DNA of 63,371 nt, counting the filler, from Ministeria vibrans ATCC 50519 (lineage: Eukaryota > Protista > Filasterea): the NCBI GenBank assembly GCA_943704425.1. It is 4 parts of 4 records of this genome, joined end to end, with 100 filler letters (N's around TTAATTAATTAA, not from the genome) between each part and the next. Parts side by side here need not be neighbours in the genome. Positions count along the whole stretch, not along the records: positions 1 to 26,787 come from CALSCP010002423.1; positions 26,888 to 54,517 come from CALSCP010001367.1; 2 more parts are not named here. One strand, written 5' to 3'. The position numbers and the translations under genes were made by a program. This document shows positions 13,401-27,120 of this stretch, one piece after another (within the stretch, counting starts at the first letter, position 1; each line of letters begins with the position of its first letter). Under the pieces are notes generated by a model, which was not told the origin of the DNA, ran no database searches, and saw only the letters and a list, made by a program, of their open reading frames with translations.

Positions 13401-14614
13401 AGCTTGGCGAGGTGATGGCGGAGGACAGTGGCCAACTGGTGCTTGCCATGGGTACCTTGGCGCCCGCTGTCGTGCAGCAACGCACTACGCTTCTTGAAAC
13501 GCTTATGATGACGTATGCACGTGCTCAGACCCACCGACATGCAGCCGCCATTCACAGTCGCGACGACAACAATGAAACTGACGCGCCGCCCGTGACGGCA
13601 CCCGCTGCGCTCTCGGATTTGCTTTTGTTTGCCGACGAGCATGTGGTGCGAGCGCTAACGCGTGGCGTGACCACCGCTGCGACAGTGAGCGCCGCAAGTG
13701 CGGGTCGCAAGCGCAAGAATGCGGCCGCCGAGGGTCTTTTGGCGAGCAGCAAGGCCAAGCAAGCACTTGCGGTGAGTTGCGCACGCCTCATTTTGGACTT
13801 TGCGGCAGACACGTTGCTGTGTGGTGTGTGCGATCGAGGGACAGAGATGCACCTGGCCACGACCGTGGGCCACATTGCAGCGGCGGCCATGGGCAGCCTG
13901 GATGTACTGATGCCTTCAGTGGGACGCTGTGTGACCCAGCTCGGTGCCAATGTAGCTGCCTTTGACGCCGTCACGAGCGCTCTCTTGCGCGTCATTGACC
14001 AGCTGCACCAGTCGGACGAGGTGGCGCAGCGGGCGCTTCTTGCCTCACTGCGTCCCGCTGTACTCCACTGTTGTAAGATTGCCATGCAGCGTAGCCTTGT
14101 GGAGACCGATGGAGAGGAGCAGACGGTCGGAGAGGCGCATCTCTCGGCGTGTGCAGACACCCTTGCGACTGCGGCGATTGGCGCAGGCGAGCGGGACTGC
14201 CGCAAGTCTGTGCCTGCGTCACCCGCCACAACCGAGTCTGACTTGGTGCCTGTCGCTGCCTTTGCCGTCTCCCTAGCGTCGCTATATGCTCCTTTTGCCG
14301 CTGCCGTGTGTCGTGCGGCTGTGCGCGAGCCTGTCACGGTCCCTGCGCACTGCGCTGCCGTCCAGATGTTGTCTGTGCTTGCACATGCTCGCTCCGACAT
14401 GCGCGTGCCCGTTGCCCGTGCAGTTGCCGACATTGCAGCGCACTGCACCGACAGCGATGCCGACCCGTACGCACACGCATTTCCTCGCTCTTTTCTTCTG
14501 CTTCTGACCCTTTCCATTTTCTTTTCTTGTCTGTATAGATCGATTATTTCAAGTGGATTTGTGCAGTCATTTGCCGAGCGTGTCGTCGGTCAGTTCGACG
14601 AGACTGCCGAATGA
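10477..14614 (+). CDS. NCAPG2: Condensin-2 complex subunit G2 (HEAT-repeat), multi-exon
   Basis: QQKRVKGVDEMLFRLYDPILWRALGAANADVRTNAATVFFAAFPLQDP, YWELIP, HDSSERVR, RFWDIVPVPHLLARLE match the CAP-G2 signature. Confidence 0.88.
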
Positions 14615-14977
14615 GAAACCACGATGCCAACTAAGCAAACAAACAAAATGAACGCAATTATACTTATACAGAAGTATACAGGGGAGATGATTAGTGAAGT
14701 AGCTTTGTGTTAGAAGTTTTGTACGATCTAAATTTTAAATGGCGGGAAACATTGGAAACGGAATAATTCTTGTAAATTAATAATAATACTAATTATTATA
14801 AAAGAAGAAGAATACAACCCATTTATTAATGTCTAATGATACAGTCACCATGCGAAGTGATAATAATAATAATAATAATGGATGATTATGGAATCAAGCA
14901 AGGTATTGCAACTTTCAGATCTGCCTGATCATCTTATAAATCTTATTTTCCCTTTTACTGTTCATCTCTAGTTTCGT

Positions 14978-16571
14978 ATGATGGGAGTTCAGGGGCTCGC
15001 TGTCGTCGGTGCCGTCCTTGCGATGGTTTTGTCGTCGGGAGTGCATGCGTTGGAAACGTTGCCGCACCACGCCCGGGGCGGGCTGGCGTGGCGTCTGCAT
15101 GCGGTAGAGCCCGTGGGCAGTGTTGCCTATGAGTTTGATCAGATGTTGGACCATAGCGGACGAACGACGACGGAGGTGGGATGGCGAGAGACACCCTCGG
15201 ACTGGTCTTTGGCCTTCTGACCCCGCTGACACCCTTCCGTAGACCTTCAAGCAGCGGTACTTTGTCAACGACACCTTCTTCGACGCGTCGAGCGGGCCTG
15301 TGTTCTTGCACATTGGCGGAGAGGGGCCATGCAACGGCCCGTACTCGGGCTACTTGATGGATTTGGCGCAGGCGCATCGCGGACTTGTCATCGCCGTCGA
15401 GCACCGCTTCTACGGCCAGAGTGTGCCTGCAAACGGCCTCGCCGAGCGCCTCGAGTACCTGACGGTCGACCAAGCACTTGCCGACCTGAAGCACCTGAGC
15501 GAGTCGTATGCCACGGAGCACAAGATCCGCTCCGACGCCAAGTGGATTGCGTGCGGTGGCTCCTACTCGGGCGCTCTCTCCGCCTGGTACCGCATTCGCT
15601 ACCCCGACCGCTGCCATGCTTCCATTGCCAGCTCGGCCGTAGTCAATGCCATTGAGGAGTTTGTCCAGTTTGACGAGCACGTACGGTTTGAAATGGTTCT
15701 ATTTTTCATTTTTCTTTTGACTCTTTGACGACGCTTGCAGGTTGCCAAGGCGATTGGCAGTGAATGCGACGCGGTCAACCACTTGATGGTGACCGCCTTT
15801 GACGATATGATTGCGTCTGGGAACGGTGCAGAGGCCAAGGCGATGTTCAATGCACCTGAGCTGAGCGACGATGACTTCCGCTATATGATCGCCGACTCGC
15901 TCTCGATGGCCGACCAGGTACGGACACACGTCACTTTCTGACCTTATCCCACGAGTGTGTCTTCTTTTCTTGTCGCGTAGTACGGCAACAAGGCTGCGCT
16001 GTGCTCGGCCATGGCCAAGGCCGATCCCAAGAGCCCGTCGTCACTGCGCGACACGTTTGCACACTTCACCAACACCTTTTGGGGCGCATCTTTTGGCAGT
16101 GGTTGCTTCTACTCGACCAAGTGTCTGCAGACGGAGCAACAGTCGTGGCAGCCGACGGCGCGAGCGTGGCGGTGGCAAAAGTGCCATGAGCTGGCGTACC
16201 TGCAGTCTGCCCCTCACACACATCCGCTTCGCAGCCCCCACCTGACCCACGAGGCGCTGCTGGCCCAGTGCCACGCTGTCTTTGGCGACCACGTCTCGCC
16301 CCAGACTGCTCGCATCAACATGCAGTTTGGCGGTGCACACCCCATCCGTGCCAATGCGTCGCGCATCTTCTTCAGCGACTTCAGCGATGACCCCTGGACC
16401 GAGGCCAGTGTCCTTGAGACTGAATCACCGTCGCTGCCATATTCGCTCGTGCTTGCCGATGGTGTCGGTCATTGCGGCGACATGCACGCGCCCATGCCCT
16501 CTGATCCAGTCGAGCTGACTCACGACCGCGCCGAGATGAATCGTCATCTCTCCCTCTGGCTCAATGAGTGA
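14978..16571 (+). CDS. Serine peptidase family S28 (PRSS16/PRCP-like), secreted, multi-exon
   Basis: Signal peptide; FDQMLDH, TFKQRYFVN, FLHIGGEG, EHRFYGQS, QALADL, nucleophile GGSYSGALSAWYR, DDPW, GHCGDM. Confidence 0.92.
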
Positions 16572-16608
16572 AATAAATGATGGGGTGGGGTTTTTTTTGT
16601 TACAGTTA

Positions 16609-17740
16609 TCAATAGAGCGCAGGGACCGCAGTGAGAGTACCCGCAGTCTGAGGTCGTGTGCTTGTGGGTGCGCGAGGGGCATTGAGACGCGCGAGATAGG
16701 CAGTGCGTTTGGAAGGTGATGCGAAACATTCTCCAAACGCTTCCAAAAGGATGGGGTCCCGGTCGACAGTTGCCGAGTAGTCGGAGAAGGAGATGCGTGA
16801 GTCGCCATCAGCATCAAACTGCATAGTAATAATAATAATAGTTATTATGGTTATTATTATTATTGTTATTATTACTATTGTTATTATTACTATTGTTATT
16901 ATTATTATTGTTATTATTATTATTGTTATTATTATTATTGTTATTATTATTATTTTCATTATTATTGTTATTATTACTATTGTTATTATTATTATTGTTA
17001 TTATTATTATTATTGTTATTATTATTATTGTTATTATTGTTATTATTATTATTGTTATTATTATTATTGTTATTATTACTATTGTTATTATTACTATTAT
17101 TATTATTATTATTGTTATTATTATTATTTTCAGGCACACTTACAAATGTGTTTGTTTTGTTTACCTGTTGCACGATTGCGGAGACGAACTCCCGCAAGAG
17201 CTCTTCCTCCTCATCCTCCTCGTCTTCATTGGCCGAATGAAGACAGCGTTGTAAAAGTTGTGCGACCTCCTCGCGTGAGATGTATCCATCGTTGTTAAGG
17301 TCGTAGAGAGAAAACGCAACTAAGGCAAAAAATAAATCAAGGGGATATATCGATGTGGGTGTTGACGTTGATTGTCGTACACGTCTTGCGTTCGTCGAGA
17401 GAGCCCCGCAAGTAGACGCTCAAGCCCTTGACATACTCATCAAAGTCAATGCGGTTGTTCTTGTCGCGGTCGAACATGACGAAAATGCGGTCGAGAAGGC
17501 GTGTGTCGCTTACACCGAACAGCTCGTGGACAATGTTACGAAACTCAGTGCGTTCAATGACGTACTGCCCCACGGCCGTTCTCTTTTGAAAATCAAACAG
17601 CAGCGGCTCCATTTCACTTCGTCTGACTAATGAATGTAACAAAAACGTATAATATATTTCTTATGCTAACAATTATGCTTCTTCTTACAATGTGTCGCTT
17701 TGCTCAGGTCGTCAAGTCTCTTAATGGACACATGCGACAT
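16609..17740 (-). CDS. EFCAB1: EF-hand calcium-binding protein, calaxin (EFCAB1)-like, multi-exon
   Basis: Spliced: IERTEFRNIVHELFGVSDTRLLDRIFVMFDRDKNNRIDFDEYVKGLSVYLRGSLDERK..FSLYDLNNDGYISREE..FDADGDSRISFSDY..DPILLEAFGEC. Confidence 0.75.
16826..17130. repeat. Compound (ATT/GTT)n microsatellite filling a calaxin intron
   Basis: About 300 bp of ttattattg/ttattacta units. Confidence 0.92.
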
Positions 17741-17872
17741 GTGTGAAAAAACTTTAATGAAATTTACTAAATAAAAAACTGAAGAAGAAGTTTATCAAAA
17801 ATCGCGATTTCGAGCATATTCATAATAATATTGACGAAAATAAGAAATTAGTTTGTAATAAAGTATAATAGG

Positions 17873-19601
17873 CTACGCGATGATTCCCATCTGGCGCTTT
17901 TCGGTTGAGTCAGGCGCGGGGGCCTCGACAGTCGCTGCATCGCCAAAGGCAGCCGCAGAGCCCGGACGGTACTTCTCAGAGGATGCAGATTTGGAGACTA
18001 CACAATCATGCATAATTATTATTATTATTATTACTCATACCAGAGAGAGACAATAAAAAAGTGATGGAAAGGGAGTAAACAAAAAAACGACGCAATAGGA
18101 GCCATAAACCAAACGGGAGAGAGACACGCGAACAAAGTGATGGGAAAGAAAATATCAATTATGAAGAAAGAGACAGAGAAAACTTACTTGCGGCAGGAAG
18201 GCCTTTGCCAAAGTTGCGCATGACCATACAGGTGATGATGAAGAGGACAAGCATTGTTGCGAGTGAGAAGGCCGCTGGAGAGTAAAGGAAGAGTTGAGAG
18301 GGGGACGACACACTGTGTGACTGGGGTTATACTTACAGAAGAGAATGAGAAAGACAAAGGACTGGTTTGGGTTGGCAACACAGACAGGGCACGATTTGGT
18401 CGCAAAGCGGTAGATTTTGTAGGCAAAGTAGGCAATGGAGGCAAGCACAAGCCCATCGAAGATGACCATCAGAGCCATGTTCTCCTTCTTCACCTGCACG
18501 CAAGAAGGAGTGTTAGGGTGAGCGGAGGAGGAAACCGTGTGGAAACAAGGACAGTAGGGTAACGTACGGCGGTAAAGGCAAGATATCCAAAGACGGGAAT
18601 GAGGAAGATGGCGACGATGGAGAGGGCAAACTCAACGTCGGACGGTTGCAGTAGGATCGCCACGTGTTGAATCAGAAATACAATCAAAAAGACGGGAGCC
18701 AGCTTCAGCATCATCACAAACATGTGGTACGTCCGGTACATGGCTGCATTCGAAAACAAACGATGAATCCTTCTCGACACACTTTATATGACCTTTGTTT
18801 ACCAATAATCTCGGGCCCCGACCCAATTCGTTTGTAGATTCTCCAGCCCAGGTCGAGGTAGAGACGGTAGGCAAGCTGAATGAAGAGCAAGGTGACGATG
18901 ACAATGACCACGAGCGACACAACGGCGAGCGTGTCGGCTGGTGACCAGGCTGCATTGACAAGTTTCTCACTGTCGCGGAACTGGAATATTTGCGTTGCGC
19001 TGTACACAATGTACAGCAAATTGAGAAACACAATGGCGCACACTTGAATGAAGTTGTCCTACAGAAAGGAAGACAATGAGGAGAGAGGGGGAAAAGGTGT
19101 GAGAGTGCACTGGAGCGGAGTGCGGCCGTGAAGCGCAAGGGGGGCGGCATCGGGCGCTCTCGCCACGTACCTTCCGTAATGCGTCCCACACAAACACAAC
19201 TGAGTACGCCGAGCTGCAGATGAAGAGCACAGCGTAGATTTTGCGGTCCGAGCCGAGAATGGAAAAGTCAGCAATGCCCAGAATGACCGACTGCAGCACG
19301 AGCAGAATGAGAAACTGTACGAACGCGACAACCACGACCACTTTGGAGACGGTCGAGAAGCGTGTGTACCCGAGCTTCTCCCACACTCCCTATGCGCAAA
19401 GAGCGTCATTCGTCGTCATGAAAAAGATAAAAATGGAAAAGCCAAAAAAAAGACGCTTCAAAACAGCCAAGGAAGGGTGTGGACAGGCCGCCGAAGGGCG
19501 TTAGACAGCCGCCAGTGCTCGTTGGCTTGCCATTGAAGACGCGGGGTGCGCATTGGCGGTCGGTGTGCTCGAGGAGGATTGATGTTTGTTGGGGGTACCA
19601 T
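17873..19601 (-). CDS. Multi-pass membrane protein, UPF0658 (fungal Golgi membrane protein)-like, multi-exon; start uncertain
   Basis: About 7-8 TM segments; WDALRKDNFIQV, YSATQIFQ, LYLDLGWRIYKRIG, AVKKEN, YFAYKIYR, NFGKGL. Confidence 0.65.
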
Positions 19602-19982
19602 TGTAAAGCGACAAATAGGGAAAGCGAAAGTGAAAAAGAAAGTGGTCTGACGAGGAAAGGATCCCTGGCCAAGAGAGAGAGAGACAGACACACAGAGACT
19701 GACTAACAGCCAGAAAGAGAGAGTTGCTACTGTGAGATGGGATAAATATTGAGATTTATTGTTTTCAAAGTGATTCAAATTCACTTCAAATTTTCAATGG
19801 ATCCATGAACCACTCACTGCAAGACAACTGCTGCAATGGAGTAAGAAATAGGGTTTTGAGACGTTCTTATTTTTAGGAGTTTATATCTGTTATTATGATT
19901 TGTAGCACAGTAGTAGAGCATACGTTATCATTGATTAGAGTTTAGACTTTACTCACTTTAGACAAATAGACACATTTTTTGA

Positions 19983-21771
19983 ATGAGCAAACGAAGTGCT
20001 GAGGCTGTCGCCGACTGTGCCGAAACGCCGACGCCGATAAAACGCGCAAGAGTAGGAGACGCTGCGACTGCACAGTACCGTGAGACAACGGGCGGCGGCG
20101 GTGCAGAGGGCCAAGCAAGCGGGGGAGTCTTTGGTTTGCTGTGGCGAGGCTTTCGCGCCGTCACCAGCTTTCTTTCGCCTTCGCCCAAGGCGCCTGGCTC
20201 GGCCGTCGAGACCAGACGCCGTCGGCGGTCACCTTCGCTCACGCCGATTAGTCAGCGCAGACGAGGCGAGAACCTTACTCCACGACGCGACCGATCTTCT
20301 GCACGACCAACTCTCGTCACAAACCCACCCCATTCCGCTTCCCCTCTGCTGTTTTCGCCACCGCGCGTGTCCGTTCAAGCACACGAGTCTGCGTTGAGTC
20401 GACTCGAGGGCAGCGAACAGCTTGTCGCGTACAAGATGATGGTGGATCAGGAGAGAAATCGAGCGCGACCGCGTTTCGAAACAACACACCGTGTATCGTT
20501 GCCTGTCGCGCCTGTCATTGACCTGACGGTCGACTCCGATGAGGAAGACGACAGCCTCGGTGCTGCGGCGAGTCCACCGTCGACGCCCGCGTTACTCGGC
20601 CGTATGGGACCCAGAGGGACGCCGAGCGTGCGAGAGGACGCGTGCTGGAGATGGACAGACAAGCGTCTGTGTAGCGAGCACGAAGAGACGATACAGCGCT
20701 TAGACAAGCTACAGCAGACGCCGGATCCCGTCATGGAGATTGCCTCTGTGTTGTCGCGCATGCAAACTCATCAGGATGAGACACGGCGCCGACTGGACAT
20801 GGAAATTGCGGCGACCCGAGCGCAGCTGGACACTGACGCACTGCAGGGGTTGCTGCGGAACAAGGAGAGCAAGCGTGAGTTGCTGGTGAAGGAACAGATG
20901 CAAGGGGGCACTCAACAGGAGGAAGGGGGCATGCGGGCGCTGACGACGGACGAACAGTCGCGCATTGACGAGGCAAGTGCGACCCGCCTCGCCGACAAGG
21001 TCTGCAAAGGATTCCGCATTACAATCACAGGCGAAGACTTTGCCAGACTCAATCGGGGCAAGTGGCTCAACGATGAGGTATGCGCCTCTCGTATTGTCTT
21101 TCTCTTACACACACATTCTCTCTCTCTCTCTCTTAGGTGATCAACTTCTTCTATGAGCTGATTATGGCGCGTAGTCGTCTGCCCAACCGCACTCTCCCCA
21201 AGACACACGCATTCAATACCTTCTTCTTTGCCAAACTCGCCAACCCCAATCAGGGCTACGCCTCTGTCTCAAAGTGGACCAGAAAGGTTTGTCTCTATCA
21301 CTTCGTTTTCTTCTCACTCGACGCTTTGTTTTGTTCACTTTGTTCCGTCTCGCTTATTTTCTTTTCTTTTCTCCCTTTGTTTTCTCCTTTCTCTCTCTCC
21401 CTCTATTTGTTCTCTCTCTATTTGTTCTTTCTCTCTATTTGTTTGTTCTTTCTCTCTATTTGTTTGTTCTTTCTCTCTATTTGTTCTTTCTCTCTATTTG
21501 TTCTTTCTCTCTATTTGTTCTTTCTCTCTATTAATTTGTTCTTTCTCTCTATTTGTTCTTTCTCTCTATTATTTTGTTCTTTCTCTCTATTTGTTCTTTC
21601 TCTCTATTTGTTCTTTCTCTCTATTTGTTCTTTCTCTCTATTAATTTGTTCTTTCTCTCTATTTGTTCTTTCTCTCTATTATTTTGTTCTTTCTCTCTAT
21701 TTGTTCTTTCTCTCTATTTGTTCTTTCTCTCTATTTGTTCTTTCTCTCTATTTGTTCTTTCTCTCTATTTG

Positions 21772-21803
<32 letters not shown>

Positions 21804-21823
21804 ATCACTTTGTTTCTTTCTCC

Positions 21824-21864
<41 letters not shown>

Positions 21865-22383
21865 GCAATGGAACTTCCTCTGCGTAGATCAGCGTGTTTG
21901 ACCTCGATCTATTGTTGATACCAGTGCACATCGGAATGAACCACTGGTGCCTGGCGACCATCGACTTCCGCAGTAAGCGCATCAGCTACTACGACTCACT
22001 GGGTGGATCAGGCGAGGATTCGCTGCAGATTCTGTGGGAGTATCTTGAGAGCGAGTCTCAAGACAAGCGCAACTGTGCCTTTGACTTCACTGGCTGGTCC
22101 CGCGTCACACCCCATGTAAGCAATAATAATTATAATACTGTTTTCAAGCTATGTATGTAACTCAGGGTGTGTACTGAACCTGGTGTTGTTTTTGTTGTGT
22201 GTGTGTGTGTGTTTGGTGCAGGACATCCCTTTGCAGCAGAATGGCTTTGACTGCGGCGTCTTTACCTGCATGTACGGCGAGTGCCTCTCCCGCGACGCCC
22301 CCATTCAATTCACTCAAAACCATATGTCACTCGCTCGTTCCCACATCAAACTCGCTCTTCTCAATCAAGCACTGTGGAAATGA
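19983..22383 (+). CDS. SUMO-specific protease (Ulp1/SENP1-like, peptidase C48), multi-exon
   Basis: WLNDEVINFF, AFNTFFF, KWTRK, IPVHIGMNHWCLATID, YYDSLG, QQNGFDCGVF; SIM-like VIDLTVDSDEE in the disordered N-terminus. Confidence 0.93.
21405..21780 (+). repeat. 17-bp minisatellite (TTTGTTCTTTCTCTCTA)n in a SENP intron
   Basis: About 20 near-perfect copies with occasional ttaa/ttatt/ttgt spacers. Confidence 0.92.
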
Positions 22384-22511
22384 AAAATAAAAAAGAACTC
22401 TTTTTTGTCTGTCTTTCAATAAATTTAACTAAGTTTTTTTATATAGTTTTGTTTTGACTAGTACAGCACATTTATTTTTCTGTTACTATTACACTTTTCC
22501 TCTTCAATACG

Positions 22512-24434
22512 ATGGCGACGGTGAAAGAGACACACGGCGACACGACACTTGAGGTTTGAACACAAAGACAGCCAAACTCGCACTGTTGGGAGTGTTGGGA
22601 TGATTTCTCGCACACGGCGCCTGTCGCCATTGTGTCGATGTCACTGTTCACTGTACGGCCCGCATCCCTCTGTGTGTAGTACATGCCGGGCTTTGGCAAC
22701 GAGTACGCCACCGAGGCACTCGAGGGTGCTCTTCCTGTCGGCCAAAACACTCCCCAGCGCTGTCCCTACGGCCTCATTGCCGAGCAGCTCTCTGGCTCGG
22801 CCTTCACTGCACCACGCGAGAGCAATAAGAGGACGTAAGAGACGCCTTGCTACGATGGATGTGCGAAGTGTGCGAGAAAACGTTTTGGTCGTCCCGTTCG
22901 TAGGTGGCTCTATCGCATTCGCCCGTCCGTCTGCCACGACCCGTTCGAGTCGGCCCCCGGGCGTGCGCCCCAGATGACGCACGACTGGGATGCCTGCTCG
23001 AACGCCACGCCCAATCAGATGCGCTGGCTGCCGTTTACGTTGCCGGGCGAGTCGGACGCGCTTGACTTTGTCGCAGGCATGTCGACCGTGTGCGGTGCCG
23101 GCGACCCGCGCACACGTTCAGGTGCTGCTGTCCACGTCTACTTGGCGAACACTTCGATGACGTCGGAGCGCAAGAGCTTCTGCAATGCCGACGGCGACAT
23201 GTTGATTGTGCCGCAACTCGGTAACAATAATAATATCAATATGATTGCTTATGCGTCGCGTGTTCATCACCTGTACGTGCGTAGGGACGTTGTTCATTCG
23301 CACGGAGATGGGAGACATGCGAGTGGCACCCAATGAGATTGCAGTGGTGCCAATGGGGATCCGTTTTAGTGTGGATCTGAGCGAGACGTCGCGCGGATAC
23401 ATTTGTGAGGTGTTTGGCACACACTTCACAATCCCTAGTCTGGGCCCCATTGGGGCAAATGGACTGGCGAACCCGCGGGATGTACTGACACCAACTGCAG
23501 CGTACACCAACGACACGACGAGCGAGTGGGTTGTGACACACAAGTACCAGGGGCGCATGCACACGGCCGCTCAACGGGTAGGTTTTCCTTGACATTTCCC
23601 GAATTTCTTTCTTATTTCCCTTCACTCACTCTTGTTTGCTCTCCCGTCTTTCTCACAGGGCACTCCCTACAATGTGGTTGCATGGCACGGCAACTACGCG
23701 CCCTTCAAGTACAACCTGGCCAACTTCTGTGTGCTCAACTCTGTCTCCTTCGACCACATCGACCCCTCCATCTTCACCGTCCTCACCGCCCCTTCTTCCA
23801 TCCCCGGCACTGCCATTGTTGTACGTGTTCTTTCCTTCCTCCCACCCAGTTTAGTTTACCTTTTCTATAGGATTTTGCTATTTTCCCGCCTCGCTGGAGT
23901 GTCCAAGATAACACCTTCCGTCCCCCATACTACCACCGCAACTGTGCCTCCGAGTTCATGGGTCTCATCTACGGCAACTACGAGGCCAAAGAAGGTAGAC
24001 AAAGAATGAGTGAGACAGACATAGGCAGACACGTAGAGAGGGAGAGAGCAGAAGATATTGTGTGAAGTCACGTCTTCTCACACTCCTTCTCTGTTTCATA
24101 CTCGTTCGTCTTAAAAGAGGGGTTTCTGCCCGGTGGAGCGACTCTGCACAGCATGATGACCCCACACGGCCCTGACAGCAACTGCTTCTCCAAGGCCTCG
24201 CAGGGTGATCTTGTACCTCAGCGCATTGCGGAGGGAACACAGGCATTCATGTTTGAGGTACCTACCTACCTTTCACTGCCCCTCTCGCCCTATCTCATCC
24301 TGCCTTGTCTCTTTCAGTCGAGCCTGTCACTTGGCCTGACCGAGTGGGCTGTTTCTGGCTGTGGGCGCCGTGACACCACGTACAATTCCGTCTGGTCCGA
24401 TGTGCCAGTCACCTTTGATCCGTCGAAGAAATGA
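22512..24434 (+). CDS. HGD: Homogentisate 1,2-dioxygenase, multi-exon
   Basis: [122 protein letters not shown]. Confidence 0.96.
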
Positions 24435-24578
24435 AGAAAATGAATAAAGAGATGCGTCAATTATCACGCAAAAAACCAAAAGATGAATTAATCTTGTTCT
24501 TATTGAGCACCCTCCCTGAATACTTGCGCTTTGGAAGCCCACCCTGTTGACTCGTGAAGCACCCTCGGCAAGAGTCGT

Positions 24579-25216
24579 ATGCTCCAGTCCGCGCGCTCCT
24601 TTGCAACCAAAATGGCAACTCCTGCTCGACAGCCCGTCCTCACCGTCGCCTCCATCAACCCAAATGTCGTAAAGGCCCAATACGCAGTGCGTGGCGCCAT
24701 TCCCCTGCGCAGCGAGGAACTTGCTCTGGTACGTCACTCGCAAGTTTTTTTTTTTTTTTTTTTCTTCGCGTTCTTCACCGCCTTCGTCTTGGCGAGGACC
24801 CGCATGCGCGCACGCTCGTCCGTCTTCTTCCTTTGCGTTGTTTTGTCGTGACTTGGCAGCCACGAGGCGATTTGTTTGTCTCGGCACGATTGTGTGCCAA
24901 CATGTGATTCTGGTGGGCTTTGCGATGCGTCCCATTTGGACGAGTGACGGCGACAGTGGACCTTTTTCGACATTCGCTTCGGTTCTCTCACACTTATCTG
25001 TCCCTGCAGAAACTGAAGGAGACGAACCATTCGCTTCCGTTCAAGGCCATCACACGATGCAACATTGGCAATCCACAGGAGATTGGTCAGCGTCCCCTGA
25101 CGTTTGTTCGTCAAGTTTGTTCGCTACTTGACTACGACGGTAGAGTTATCTGTTGACTGTTATTGCGTGTGGTGGCTGTATCATTTATTATGTTTTTATT
25201 ATTTTTATTATTATTA

Positions 25217-25258
<42 letters not shown>

Positions 25259-26336
25259 GTTATTATTATTATTATTGTTATTGTTATTGTTATTATTATT
25301 ATTATTGTTGTTGTTGTTGTTGTCATTATTATTTATTTTTGTATTAATGTGTTGCATTCTTCTTGTAATAATAATCATTTTATTACTGATGTTTCGCTCT
25401 GTTTTTCATAGAGCTTCTGGCCCCCGAGAACGAGGCCGTGGTGTCAAAGTTGTATCCCAAGGTAATTAAAATATTTTGGAAGAACCGTTGAAGATGGTTG
25501 TGGTCTAAGCTTTGACCCTTTTTGTCGTTAGGATGCTGTTGAGCGGGCGCGTTCGTTGAAAACGCAAGTCTCCAGCACTGGTGCATACACTCACTCGATG
25601 GGCATTCACTCTATTCGCGAGAATGTCGCGGCTTTCCTTGAGCAGCGCGACGGCTTCCCAGCCAACGTCGACAACCTGTTTCTGACGGATGGCGCATCGT
25701 CAGGCGTCAAAGCCATTCTCAACACTCTCATTGCCGACCCCTCTTGTGGCGTAAGTTTGTTATCATTATTATATTATAATATTTTTTATTTTTATTACGA
25801 GCAATGTTACTATTCTCTCAACTGGATGTGTCTTTTAATTTTTTTTTGGGGGGGGGGGCACAGGTGATGATTCCGATTCCGCAGTATCCGCTGTATAGTG
25901 CGTCGCTGGCGCTGTTTGCAGGCAAGGGAGTGCCGTACTATCTGGATGAACATACGGGCTGGGGCTTCAACGTGCAGGGGGTGCGAGACGCTCTCAAGGC
26001 AGCGCGCGACGACTCGGTTGACGTGCGTGCACTGGTGGTCATCAACCCAGGTACACTTCTTCATGGTTTCGTAATTCGTAACGGGCGACTGACCCACTGT
26101 GTGCTCTGTATAGGGAACCCGACGGGCGGGTGTCTGTCGCTGGCGGAGATGCAGGGCATTGTGGAGCTGTGCGAGAGCGAGCGGCTGGTGTTGCTGGCCG
26201 ACGAGGTTTACCAGAGCAACGTGTATGCCGAGGGCAAGCAGTTCCACTCCTTCAAGCGCGTTGTTAGCCAGATGAACTCCCCCATCGAGCTCGTCTCCTT
26301 TCACTCCGTCTCCAAGGGCTTTCTCGGCGAGTGTGG
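24579..26336 (+). CDS. GPT: Alanine aminotransferase (PLP-dependent), 3'-truncated at the contig end; possible mitochondrial presequence
   Basis: YAVRGAI, CNIGNPQ, GAYTHSMG, FLTDGASSG, IPIPQYPLYSA, VINPGNPTG, LLADEVYQ, SFHSVSKGFLGECG. Confidence 0.93.
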
Positions 26337-26339
26337 TAC

Positions 26340-26787
<448 letters not shown>

Positions 26788-26887
26788 NNNNNNNNNNNNN
26801 NNNNNNNNNNNNNNNNNNNNNNNNNNNNNNNTTAATTAATTAANNNNNNNNNNNNNNNNNNNNNNNNNNNNNNNNNNNNNNNNNNNN
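26788..26887. other. Artificial 100-bp contig-joining spacer (N44-TTAATTAATTAA-N44; stops in all six frames)
   Basis: The identical structure recurs at 54518-54617 and 61365-61464; genes on either side are truncated. Confidence 0.95.
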
Positions 26888-26925
<38 letters not shown>

Positions 26926-27120
26926 GCGACGGAAACCTGTTCCATCGTGCTGGGGCTGTTGCGTCGTTTTTGAGCCCACTTTGAGTGCCCACGAGCCTAC
27001 TATGGACAGTAACCGTGACTGATGGCGTGGAGAGGGCGAATAACTGCGTGCGAGTGGGTTCACATGGATTGTTCTTGACACGATCATCATTTCTGCGAAC
27101 TCTTCTCGTTTGATCCACAG

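Noticed and set aside
21405-21780. 17-bp repeat array as a possible CRISPR array
   Set aside because: No unique spacers, low complexity, lies in an intron, no cas genes, eukaryotic context.
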